Assembly: GCA_035084275.1 (NCBI GenBank)
Contig: CM068761.1
Span: 8,370,001-8,434,000 of the forward strand
Source: Hydrolagus colliei
Lineage: Eukaryota
Length of the DNA: 64,000 bases
Direction of reading: 5' to 3'
Shown here: positions 48,113 to 59,651 of the stretch, piece by piece
Layout of the letters: the number at the start of each line of letters is the position of its first letter
Position numbering within the stretch: the first letter of the stretch is position 1
Position numbers and translations under genes: made by a program
Notes under the pieces: generated by a model
What the model saw: only the letters and a program-made list of their open reading frames with translations
What the model was told of the DNA's origin: nothing
Database searches by the model: none

Positions 48113-49040
48113 TAACAACAAAATTACATTGATAGAGCCCCTTTCATGTCAGGAGGATATCCCAAGTCGTTGAACAGACAGATAAGGTCTCGATCAGTTA
48201 AATGGGGGGTGGGGGGAAGGCGAATAGGAAAGGGGGGAGTGTTAGGCAGTGAGGAGAAGGCACGGTCAAAGAGCAAGATGTTGAGACCGACCTAAAAGGA
48301 GGAAAGGGAGGAAGAGAGGTGAACGGGTTGTAGAATGGAGTTCCAGAGTGTGGGTTAGAGTGGCTGAAAGCCGGGTCACTATGATAGGTCAGTTTCGGAT
48401 GGGGAACATGGAGCAGGAAAGAGCCCGCTGAACAGTGGGGATGGGCACGCTGATAGGGAGTCAGTAGGTTGGAAAGATAGGCCGAGAGAAGGCAATGAAT
48501 GGCCTTGAAAGTGAGGATGAGGATCTGGAATTTAACCATGTGGATGATGGGGAGCCAGTGGAGATGTGCGAGGTTGGGAGTGATGTGGTCGCGGAGCCTA
48601 ATGCAGGAGAGTCCATGAGCTGCAGAGTTCTGAATAGTCTTCTGTAGTTGAGCCTAGATGTGATGAACGCGTGGATGAGTGTTTCAGCAGCATGGGGGAT
48701 GAGGTAGTGGCGGAGTCTATCAATGCTGCAGAGTTGTTGGAAGGCTGTACTGGTCATGGAGCGGATATATGGGTGGAAGGATACTTTGGGGTTGAACAAG
48801 ACACCCAGATTCCTGACTGGCTTCAAGAGGTGGAGAGTGCACCCTTGAATGCCGATGTTGCCAGCACCTGAGCTGTGGAGTCTCTGACGTGAGTGAATCA
48901 GGACGGCCTCTGTCTTGTTGATGTTTAGTTGGAGAATGTTGTCCATTGTCGAGGATTAAATGATGGACAGACATGCAGTCAGAATTGCATTAGTCCTGGA
49001 GTTGAGGGTGGAAGCGGAAAGGTAGAGTTGGGTGTCTTCC
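48113..49040 (-). mobile_element. L2 LINE 3' part (paralogue of 31953-32650)
   Basis: ORFs 48198-48539 and 48461-48946 with LQLNINKTE..LIPHAAETLIHAFITSRL. Confidence 0.8.
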
Positions 49041-49743
49041 GCATAAATATCGGGAGTATGCACCAAAACTCATCACCCGTGCTGTGATTGGTTTGAAAGT
49101 GTGATGGGTGGAAGCACGACCAATGTACGATGAACGAGAAAGGACTTGAGATGAGATTTCAATGAGTGAAGGCAGTACAAGGCAAAGTGTTTCCAAGACA
49201 ATTTCCCCAAGGAGTATGGCCAAAACATGATGAAGGCCTTTCGTGATGAATGCAAGAATGATTGTCTCTGCTGCAGAAGTGGATAGGCCGTGGCAGTGTT
49301 GTTCAATATAGTGGAAGTGCAGGAATACAGAACTGTGGGTGACATCCAAATTGGGAAAAGGAAAGATCAGCATCCAAGAGAATAGTGATGCTTTGTAGAA
49401 GCTCTGGACGGTGATAAATGAAATTGTGAATAGTGCTGTTGTCAGTTCTTTGGGTGAGGAATTGCAAACAGGAGCCAAATGAGATGGCCTTCACCTTGTC
49501 AACTTTAAACTGGAGAAAATTATCCATTATTCAGGGCTTGTTGCCTGAAAATGGAAGGAAACCCAGTGAGAAATATGGAGGAACAGCTTGAACACATGTT
49601 TGTTTGTAAACAACAAGAACAAAATACCATTGCTATAGCACCTTTCAAATTAGGAGGACGTCCCAACGCACTGACCAGTCAGTTAGGGACCAGAGCGGGG
49701 GGCAGGGGTCAGTGTAGGAGGAAGTAGAGTAAGAGAAGTGACG

Positions 49744-52690
49744 GGGGGGGGGGGCTTTAAACTAATCCCGGGGGGTGAGGGTGGGAAACTGATCAGTAGT
49801 TCAGATACGGGAGGGGTAACAAAGAGGACAGGGGTAAGGGTAAGATGGGAGAAAAGTGCAGAGGAAGTAATTTGTGCCTTAGAGTTTATGTATGTAAATG
49901 CACGAAGTTTGAGAAATACAATTGGTGAGCTGCAGGCTGAGGTTGCTGCGAGGCGATATGATGTTATAGCAGTAACAGAGACTTGGCTCCAGCATGGGCA
50001 GGAATTTGAACATTCCTGGTTATAATGTATTCAGGAGGGATAGAGAAGGGAGAAAAGGGGGCGGGGTGGCAATTTTAGTTAAGGACTCAGTGACTGCCTT
50101 AGAAAGGAACGAGGTGGAAGAAGGACTAAAAACCGAATCTATCTGGTTAGAAATGAGGAATAAAAAAGGTGCAGTTACACTGTTAGGGGTATACTATAGA
50201 CCACCAAATAGTGGGGAGGAGATAGACAAGCAGATCTGCAAGCGTATCACGGAGAAATGCAGAGCTATAGAGAGTGATAATGGGTGACTTCAACTATCCC
50301 AACATAGACTGGCAGAATAGTAGAGTAAAGGGCAAGGAGGGAGAAGAATTCCTGAAGTGTGTGCAGGACAACTTTCTTGATCAGTATGTTTCCAGTCGAA
50401 AGAGGAAAGAAGCATTGCTGGATCTAGTTTTGGGAAATGAGGTAGGGCAAGTTCAACAGGTTTCTGTAGGTGAGCATCTAGGGAATAGTGACCACAATAT
50501 CGTTAGATTCAGAATAATTATGGAAAGGGATAAGGAACGATCACAGGTGAGGACACTCAACTGGAAAAGGGCTAATTTCAATGAGTTGAGGTGGGACCTA
50601 GCCAAGGTGGATTGGAAAGAAAAATTGGCAGGTAAGACAACTAACGAGCAGTGGGCAGCGTTCAAAGAGGAGATAGTTCAGGCACAGGTCAAAAGAATCC
50701 CCACAAAGGTGAAATGTAAGGTATCCAAACCTCCCTGGATGACTAAGGAAATCGGGGCCAAAATAAAACAAAAAAAAGAGGCTTCTGATAAGTGTCAGGC
50801 TCAAACTTCAGAAGGGAACCAAGCAGAATATAGGAAGTGTAGGATAGAACTAAAAAAGGAAGTTAGAGGGGCAAAGAGACTGCATGAAAAACAATTAGCG
50901 AGTAAGATTAAGGGGAACCCTAAGGTGTTTTTACCAACATATTAAGAGTAAAATGTTGGTCAAGGATAGGGTGGGGCCAATTAGGGACCTAGGAGGAATG
51001 CCCTCTGCCTCATTGTGGAGGCAGAGGGCATGGCTGATGTACTGAATGAGTACTTCGCCTCTGTCTTCACAAAAGAAAAGGATACAGCCAATGCCATGGT
51101 ATTAGAGGAGAGGGTAGGAGAAATGGATAGAATAATTATAACCAGAGAGGAAGTTCTAAAAAGGTTGACGTTGCTCAAGGTGGATAAGTCACCTGGTCCG
51201 GATGGGATGCACCCTAGGTTACGAAGTGAGGCACGGGAGCAAATAGCAGGGACTCTGGCCACGATCTTTCAATCTTCCTTGGACACAGGGGTCGTGCCAG
51301 AGGAATGGAGGATAGCTAATGTTACTCCCTTGTATAACAAGGGGCAGAAGGACAAGCCTGGTAACTACAGACCAGTCAGACTAACGTCGGTAGTGGGCAA
51401 ACTTCTAGAGTCCATAATCAGGGACAAGGTAGATCTTCACTTAGAAGGATGTAGGCTAATACAGGACAGTCAACATGGATTTGTTAAAGGCAAATCTTGC
51501 CTTACAAATCTGATAGAATTTTTTGATGAGGTAACGGAATGAGTGGATAATGGTAGCGCAGTTGACGTAGTTTACATGGACTTTCAAAAGGCTTTTGACA
51601 AAGTGCCACATGAGAGACTTATTATGAAATTAAAGGCCCATGGCGTAAAAGGGACAGTGACAGCGTGGATCCACAACTCGCTGTGAGACACAAAGCAGAG
51701 AGTTGCTGTTTGTAATCTACATCAATGATCTGGACTTGAGTGTACGGAGTACAGTTTCCAAGTTTGCAGATGACACTAAGTTAGGGAGAATAGTAAATAG
51801 TGAGGAGGATAGTAGCCATCTGCAAGAGGATATAGACAAATTGGTAAAGTGGGCAGACACATGGCAGATGAAGTTTAATGCAGAGAAGTGTGAGGTGATG
51901 CATATTGGGAGAAGAAATGAAGGGAGGCAATATAGGCTAGATAGTACAATTTTAAATGGTGTGAAGGAACAGAGAGACCTGGGGATTTGTGTTAGTGACT
52001 CGTTGAAGGTGGCAGGACAGGTTGACAAGGCTGTTAAGAAGGCATATGGGATACTAGGCTTTATAAATAGGGGTATAGAGTACAAAAGTCAGGAAGTGCT
52101 GACTAACCTCTATAGGACTTTGGTGAGGCCTCAGCTGGAATACTGTGTTCAATTCTGGTCACCACACTACAGAAAGGATGCGAAGGCATTGGAAAGGGTG
52201 CAGCGAAGATTTACTAGGATGGTGCCAGGATTAAGGGACTTCAGCTATGAGGAGAGGCTAGATAGGCTAGGGTTATTCTCTCTGGAGCAGAGAAGATTGA
52301 GGGGAGACCTAATAGAGGTTTATAAGATCATGAGGGGTTTCGACAGGGCAAATAGAGAAAAACTATTTCCACTCGTGGGTGAATCTGTGACTCGTGGTCA
52401 CAGATTTAAAATAGTTTCAAGGCGAAGTAGAGGGGAGCTGAGGAGAAATTTTTTCACTCAGCGAGTTGTTCGAATCTGAAATGCATTGCCTGAAAAGGTG
52501 GTGGAGGCTGATTCGATAACAACTTTTAAAAGGGAATTAGATCTTTATTTAGGGAGAACAGGTCTATTAGGCTATGGGGAGCGGGAAGGGCAGTGGGATT
52601 GAATCGCTCTTTTCAAAGAGCCGGCACAGACTAGATGGGCCGAATGGCCTCCTTTTGTGCCGTAAAATTCTATGAATCTATGAATCTATG
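49744..52690 (+). mobile_element. Young CR1 LINE with APE endonuclease + RT, disrupted by frameshifts, stops and deletions
   Basis: YVNARSL..IAVTETWL..GGGVA..YYRPP..GDFNYP..SDH, RT fragments near-identical to 35891-37982; tail TTCTATGAATCTATGAATCTATG; empty site at ~39265-39275. Confidence 0.97.
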
Positions 52691-53318
52691 TATATTTGTG
52701 AGCAAAACACGGCAGCCAAAATTTGAGCACAGCAGTGTCCCACGAATAATCGTGGGAGTGGGTCTAGGGGAGAAAGGTGGAAAAGAGCATAAGTGGGGAG
52801 GGGGAGGGAAAGATGAGGTGAGGTGACGTCGGGGAGGAAAAGGGTAGGAGATAGGGGGTTAAGGTGTCTAGGGAGGGAAAGGTGGTGGTGGGGCTAAAAT
52901 CAGGGAGAAATGGGGGGAGTAAGGGGGTTAAGGGGGAACAGGGAGGGAAAGGATGACAGGGGGAAAGGGAAAGAATGGGGGGAAAGGGAGCAGTTTGATG
53001 GAAGAGGGAGAAGAGGGGGGGTGGAAAAAAAGGGAAGAAAGGTGGGAAGAGCGGGAGGGGAAAGAAAGAGAGGGTGGAGTTGAAAGAGCGAGAGGAAGGA
53101 AAGGGGTAGTAGGTGGTGGGGGGAAGAGAGAGGATGAAAGAGAGGCAATGAAAGAAGGAAGTGAAGAGGAGTGGGGCGAAGAGATAGGCAAAGAATAGAG
53201 GTAAAAGGGGTGGAGAGCAAGGAGGAATGGTAGCGAGGGAAGTAATGGGGGGAAAGGTTAGAGGGCAAAAGTGGGGTGATTAATTAACGGCAACAAAAAA
53301 CAGAACAATAACAATAAT

Positions 53319-53472
53319 GAAGTCCTTGAGCTCGCCATTACTTGTCCTTACCATCTACCTGGACGATCTACTTAAGATGGAACTGGACGTAGGTGAAGTG
53401 GGAGGAGAGGGCCAACAGTGATGAGTTGAACACCACCTGCTCGGCCTCCAGCCGCTGCAGTTTCTCATGGAT
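53319..53472 (-). pseudogene. RUNDC1-like coding fragment, copy 2
   Basis: IHEKLQRLEAEQVVFNSSLLALSSHFTYVQFHLK*IVQVDGKDK*..ELKDF. Confidence 0.6.
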
Positions 53473-53512
53473 TTGGCCTAGTATGGTGACATGCCCCAAA
53501 CCAACCAGCACC

Positions 53513-53850
53513 TCAGCCGGTGTACTTGGTGATGGTCATGATGCCCTCGGACACGGCGTGTTTGTCCAGCTCACCCAGCAGCAGAAGCATGACCGCCATC
53601 TAGATCTCCCGCGATAAGATGGTCTGCCACGTGCTATACTGGATCAGGTAATATGCCTCGCAGGCGATCCATGTCTTTGACGAATGAGTTTACACATTCA
53701 TGGCTGATGATGGGATGCCCGTGTTTTGGTGGACCTGCTTCAGCACCTTGTATATGTATGAGGTGTAACTCTGTGTCCTGCGCTTGCGGTAGTGGCATCT
53801 AACCCTGCTGTTTGTCCACTGCCAGCGCCTTTTTCAGGGACCACCGAAGT
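53513..53850 (-). pseudogene. H2B: Histone H2B pseudogene, copy 2
   Basis: [30 protein letters not shown]..; ..ELDKHAVSEG..TKYTG*; paralogue of 40150-40480. Confidence 0.88.
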
Positions 53851-54769
53851 GGTCAGCGGCTTGGGATGTCTTTCTGACGTGAAATTTGCTCTATAAATGA
53901 AACTTTTTTTGCTGTTGTTCAGTCCCATATTTCTATATTCTGTTGATAAGCTTGATCAGTTGAATCAAAATAATGCTAACGATGATAATGATAACTGGAT
54001 ACCTGGGCTAAATCATTTCCTGACTTTAAACAAAATCTGATTATGACCACATGTCGTAAAGCACATGAAGAAGCAAACGCCTCGTATCCTGTCCAGCAAT
54101 GACACAAGTAAAATTAGCATTGATTTCAATGACCATCATGGCCGAGAAACTGTAAGATATAAAAATGCACAAAGGCTTCCATGTTTACCTAAATAATATA
54201 CGCAATATATCCAGTGAAACATCACTTGAAACGAAAAGTCACCATTAAATGAAAGGTTCTTTCTCAAAGGTATTATTATTTATTTCATTTTTAATACGCT
54301 ACAACTGTGAGTTTTTTTTATGGATGGTCACTTTGGATTTCTATGCATGAGCAAATCACTTGAGCTTGACCTGTCTAAAACATGCATTGGATCATCGCAT
54401 GTGAAGACTTCCAAACAAGTGAGTTTTCAAATTTGAAGAATTGAATGTATCACCTTCTGAAATGCACTGGTGTGTATATCCTACACTGTTGGAGGTGCCA
54501 TCCTTTGGATTACACTTTAAACCAAATACCGTTTTCTTGTTAATATGGACGCTAAGTTTCCCATGTCACAATGCAAATGGGGAACAAAGCGTTTGGTGTC
54601 CTGGCCAACAATTGCCCCAATCAAATTATCATTAATTTTAAGGCCGTTTGTGATACAACACCATACACAAGTTGGCTGCTACATTTTTCTCAACAGCATG
54701 TACAGTATATTCTGTGAAGCATCGTGTCTGGTCCTCTTGATATGAAAGGTGGTTTGTGATTTATATTTA

Positions 54770-55080
54770 TATATGGCGCCCGTCACGATGGAGGGCATCT
54801 CAGAGCTCTGCACGATAGCGGATCGCGGGACCGAGCCAAGGGCAGGGGTAGAAAGGCGACCAAAGGCGTGGTCGAAGAGAAAGGTATTGAACTGTGACCT
54901 GAAACTGGGAAGAGAGGGAACGAGGTGCAGGGAGTGAAGAAGGGAGTTCCAGAGGCTTGGGGCATAGTGGCTTAAGGCACAGCCACTGAGGGTCGAGCGG
55001 AGGATTCGGGAACACGGAGGAGGCCAGACCCGGTGGAGCGTCATCGGGAGCTGGTTTGGGGAGATCGGACAGATAGGGAT
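54770..55080 (-). mobile_element. L2 LINE 3' fragment, absent from the paralogous site at ~41390
   Basis: APSLWNSLLHSLHLVPSLPSFRSQFNTFLF plus tail. Confidence 0.7.
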
Positions 55081-57391
55081 TTGCAGAGGAGTGCAGGGTC
55101 AAAAGTATTATCTATCTGTTCATTTAATTTAACAGTCAATGTATTATAGAAGTATTCAGTTTAAAAATGAATGCACCGCTGGGTTTTCCACGCATGTGCA
55201 AGTTATTTGACTTTGACTTGCCCTAAACGTGCATGGATCAGCTCATGGACAGAATTGAATACACGTGAGTGGGAAAATCTTCAGTTGAGGACTGTTCTTC
55301 TTTTAGCGTGTTGTGTAACATAACTCTATTCTTACACTACCCGTTCCAATCTATATCACAATTTAGATGTCAGAGACATGTCCAGAAGATGGGACTTGTG
55401 TGTTCTTTTTTCATAAGAAGGAAAAGTAGATTCACAGCTGTTAATGTTTTATCAGAAAAAGCAGTCGCTGTAATTCACTGTGGCACTGATCTGGCTGTGA
55501 TTCATACAGGGGCGACTTTCCGATTGTTTTAAAGGGAATGTAACCGAAAAAAATGGGAAACCTGATCTTAGCTGAAAATCTGTGAAGAATTTGGACAGAT
55601 ATTACTGCCAACTAACAATGGTAAAAAGGTGGAGGAAGGAATGACATGAGCGAAGAAGAGATAATCATGATGATATTTATATGTAACAGTCTGAAGGACT
55701 GAAGATGTCAGATTCACTGAAGCACCGCTTAGACATCCTGGTAAAGAATGAGCTACACCAGGGAAATGAGTTAACACTTCACACCTGAGATTGAAGTTTA
55801 GTCTCTTTGTGGCAGATTATTTGATTTCTATGTTTACTTGTTAACCTCTTTCCCCAGTTTGTCAGCTCGAAGTGATTTTTAAAAGAATCTCCATAATAAG
55901 GAGATCAACACCATCTTTCCATCTGGTGACTGTCGCTGGAGTCTAATGGACCGATTGGTGAACGGTTCAATCTCATAGGGAACCGGATACCCTGAAAATA
56001 GTGTTCGTCTGTGACTAACTGATCATTGTGAAAATTTAAACTTCTTTGAGACTGAGTAACATTATGTGTAACTGATATATGGATGATAGAGCATAACTGT
56101 AGGGGAGTTTGTTCTCAACATCATTATGCTTTCGAAACGAATCCATTAATTTAAAAATAACTCAAATGTTATAATCTGCTCCGTGTTGTTGCCATAAACA
56201 GTTTTCGCATTTTAGTATTTTTCTATTCCAGATATCTATTCGGATTTCTTCAAATGTTTTATTTTCTCCCCACTCCCCCCATTAAAATGCGTTTCTACCT
56301 TACAATATAATGCGCACATTTATCTTCAGATTTCTAATTTTAGAAACGTATTATTTTCTCCCAATGCCATGGTTGATGTCACTAAGGGCAGCACCCTTGG
56401 AGAGACTCAATAATATCATGTTTTTTCACCATAAGTTACTGCAGTTGGTCAGATGGGAATCATCGCTCATTAAAGAGAGAGGCTGAGCGCCGGCTCAATC
56501 TGGTCAAAATACATTTTCTCCCTTGCAAGTTAACTTTATTACTTCCCTCAGGCATCATATTAAAGGGATTCCGATTTATGTATTATGTATTGTGAGTTGT
56601 GTATTGTACGCAATTAATTAGGAACTGAAATCAGCAAATACGGTGCCAAATAAATTATTGTGAAATCGGAAGCTCCTCTCTGCAACAAATCAAAGGTTGC
56701 ATTCTGATTGTGCTCATGAACTGTTTTTCAGTGCAGAGTGTTTGGTCAAATGGAAAACATTTGTTTTCCTCCTAGTTTCAGGTTCTTACTCTCTATACAA
56801 ACTCTATACAATTAATAATGATGTTTCACTGAGCTTTCAATCAGCAGCTCGCGCCACATACTCCCTGTGACGCGATATTTAGTGTCTGGTGTTATTTCTT
56901 CTGATAGTGGTATTCATTACTTCAACACAGGACAATTTGAACAAGTGTTCCCTACTGCCAAAAACACTATCATAAATTGGTCATTTCAATCCACGACTGA
57001 TAGTGAGACACCGCTGTGCTCAATTGGCTGCCTATGGTATATTTTGAGAAATTTGAGAGGTCAAGAGCACTATATCAAAAGCGACGATTATTATCCTTAT
57101 TATTGTTGAGTTCTCAGCAGCAAACTATTGATAGTGTAGTAATGAACGGTGTGTGGTGGTGTTTGATGACCCCAACACTCATTGTTCCCTTTACATTGTT
57201 ACACTTTGGCACAGTTGAAAAGTACCGTCTAAAACTCTACCCAAGATTTTTTTTTACCATTTACAGGAATATGAATTACTATAGGATTATTTATTGGTGA
57301 TCCTGAAGTTTTGTCCTGTTATTCAACAGTCGATTGTAACTTAACATGAAAAAAAACAATTAAAACTTTTTTATCCACATTTTTGTTCCAG

Positions 57392-57714
57392 ACCCACGGG
57401 CCCCTTCGGTGACTGTCCTTCCGCCGTCACCAGATCAAATCACAGCAAAGAGCAAGGCGACCCTGGTGTGTCTGGTGAATGATTTTACCCCGGGAGCTGT
57501 GGAGGTCAAGTGGACTGTGGATGGCAGTGCCAGAAGTGAAGGTGTTGAAACGAGTGCGATCAAGCAGGAGGTGGACAACACGTACAGTGTGAGCAGTTAT
57601 CTGACTCTGCCAGCCTCCGAGTGGGAGTCACACGAGCTGTATTCCTGTCTGGTCACACACGAGACTCGGGGGACTCCGCTGGAAAAAACCATCGCCAGAT
57701 CAAGTTGTATCTAA
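57392..57714 (+). CDS. IGL: Orphan constant exon (cluster 4; promoter, leader and VJ deleted)
   Basis: Intact acceptor TTCCAG and full open C domain ending SSCI*; no V, leader or octamer between C3 and this exon; AATAAA at 57809-57814. Confidence 0.9.
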
Positions 57715-59651
57715 ATTAGGAACATAATGGTGGTACTTTACGGTGTGGTCACGCTGCAATAATGAAGCCCACTGTGTAACATTACATGTATAAGAAATAC
57801 TATAGTTTAATAAAATGATTCTTTCATTGCCCTCTATGCCGTGGCTATTTTTCTTCATTTCTTCTTTTCATTTCATTATTATTTTATTTGAAACACGAAC
57901 TTGATCTGATTAATTAAACTTGCAAGCAGTACTTATATACATTTGAAATTTATGCAGGAGAATTTTGGAAAGATCTTAAACTTGGTCGCTACTTTGGATC
58001 CTTTTCATCTTGTTGTTAAAAAGAACCATCCGACAAAGTAAACTCAACATCAATTAAAGTTAAAGTGAATTCAAGATATCGCACAATATTCAGTGTTAAG
58101 TCATGATTGTTGTTACAGGCTGAGCACGTGTGAAATGCTCTCCCCAACAATGCATTATGTTTGGAAGATAATTCATTGAGATACTTTTGCCTCCTGCCTC
58201 TCCAGCCCGCCAATCTCTACAGAACTAAATCAAAGTATTACTCAAGTGCTTCATTCGATCATTATGCTGAGCTGTTGTGTTGTCAAAAGGAGTGACAACC
58301 TATTGAAAGGTTATATGACATCAGATGCTAATGAAACATCACAATGTACCCACTCCGAAGAGCTCATTGTAGAGTTACTCCCGTCCACACCACGTGGCCA
58401 GTGAGCGCCAAGCCTGCGGCTGAGTAACGTACCAACTTTCGCATTGCAGCCTTTTAACACCCGCATGTGTCTCTGCAGTTTCTTTCAGTCGTTTAAGCTG
58501 CTGTCAATTCTAGTCAATATTTTCACTTTATTGCAAACCATTAAATCGGTACGATATAATCATTAAATAGAATTGTTCTTTGTTGGTCGATATCAAAACA
58601 AGTTTAATGATTGAAATGGAACTATGGTAAGAGGAAGCTGGACAACGACTTGTCTGCAATATACCAATCGCAGCTGGTACTGATGTCATCGAAGCACAAA
58701 ATACTACAGAAGCTGGGAATCTGAAACAAAAACAAAAGTTGCTGGGGAAGCTCAGCAGGTCAAACAGCATCCAAAATGTGGCTGTGGATACGGGTTTCGG
58801 TGAACACACAATCAAACACATTCAAGCAAATTTCTTTTGGATGCTGTTTGACCTGCTGAGTTTCGGCAGCATTTTTACTGATGTAATCGAGATGTTTATG
58901 TAACTCAGATGGAATGAATCTCAAGCTCTGGCTAATGTAATAATATAATAGCCTATAGTTATGTTTGAATTGGGAGAATTCATTAGTTGGAAGAGAATAG
59001 TATAATTGATTGAACCAATAAAAACAATAAAATGAATGATACACTGAGCACAACCGGCAGTGAGCGGACCATGTTCTCCATTCACATAATATAGTTTGCT
59101 GCTCTCCTAGTCTAAGAATTCGCATTTGATAGTGTTTATGAATGGTTATCTCAACCGACCAGGTCCGAGATAGACGTTTACACATTCTGACTCATGCGCT
59201 AATTTGTGAGTAAAAACTGCAAGTGTTGATTGTACTTCAAGGGGGAGGAGGATTCAAAAATGTTATTTTGGTCATCGTTCACCACCAGTTTATATTCTAT
59301 TTGGGTGGGCCTAATGGCGGTAAACACATATTGATACGGCATAAACTTATGTTTAAATATAACGATACTTGGGAAATCGCTTTGACATAGTGGAGGTATA
59401 TCTCTTTAAGTACTTATCAGTACTGGATCTTCCCAAGTCACCTCGGGGATGTGTTCTTAAAAAATGTGATTTTACAAGAAATACCATACAGTGAAACCTA
59501 AATTACCATAGGCCCCCATACTATCCACAGGAGTTAGGTTCCTTCAGTACATTTCTGGTTTAAATTTTCTTACGCAAATATTAACTAAAGACCAAAAGCA
59601 ACACCGCTAGTATTGAAAATAAAATAAACGTTTAATGAATATATACATAAG

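Noticed and set aside
55545-55565. RAG-mediated origin of the cluster 4 deletion (CAC-containing motifs ATGTGTG and CACGCGA lie near the equivalent breakpoints in clusters 2 and 3)
   Set aside because: The junction is not a precise signal joint, both CAC motifs are lost, and no nonamer is visible at 12 or 23 bp; ordinary end-joining explains it
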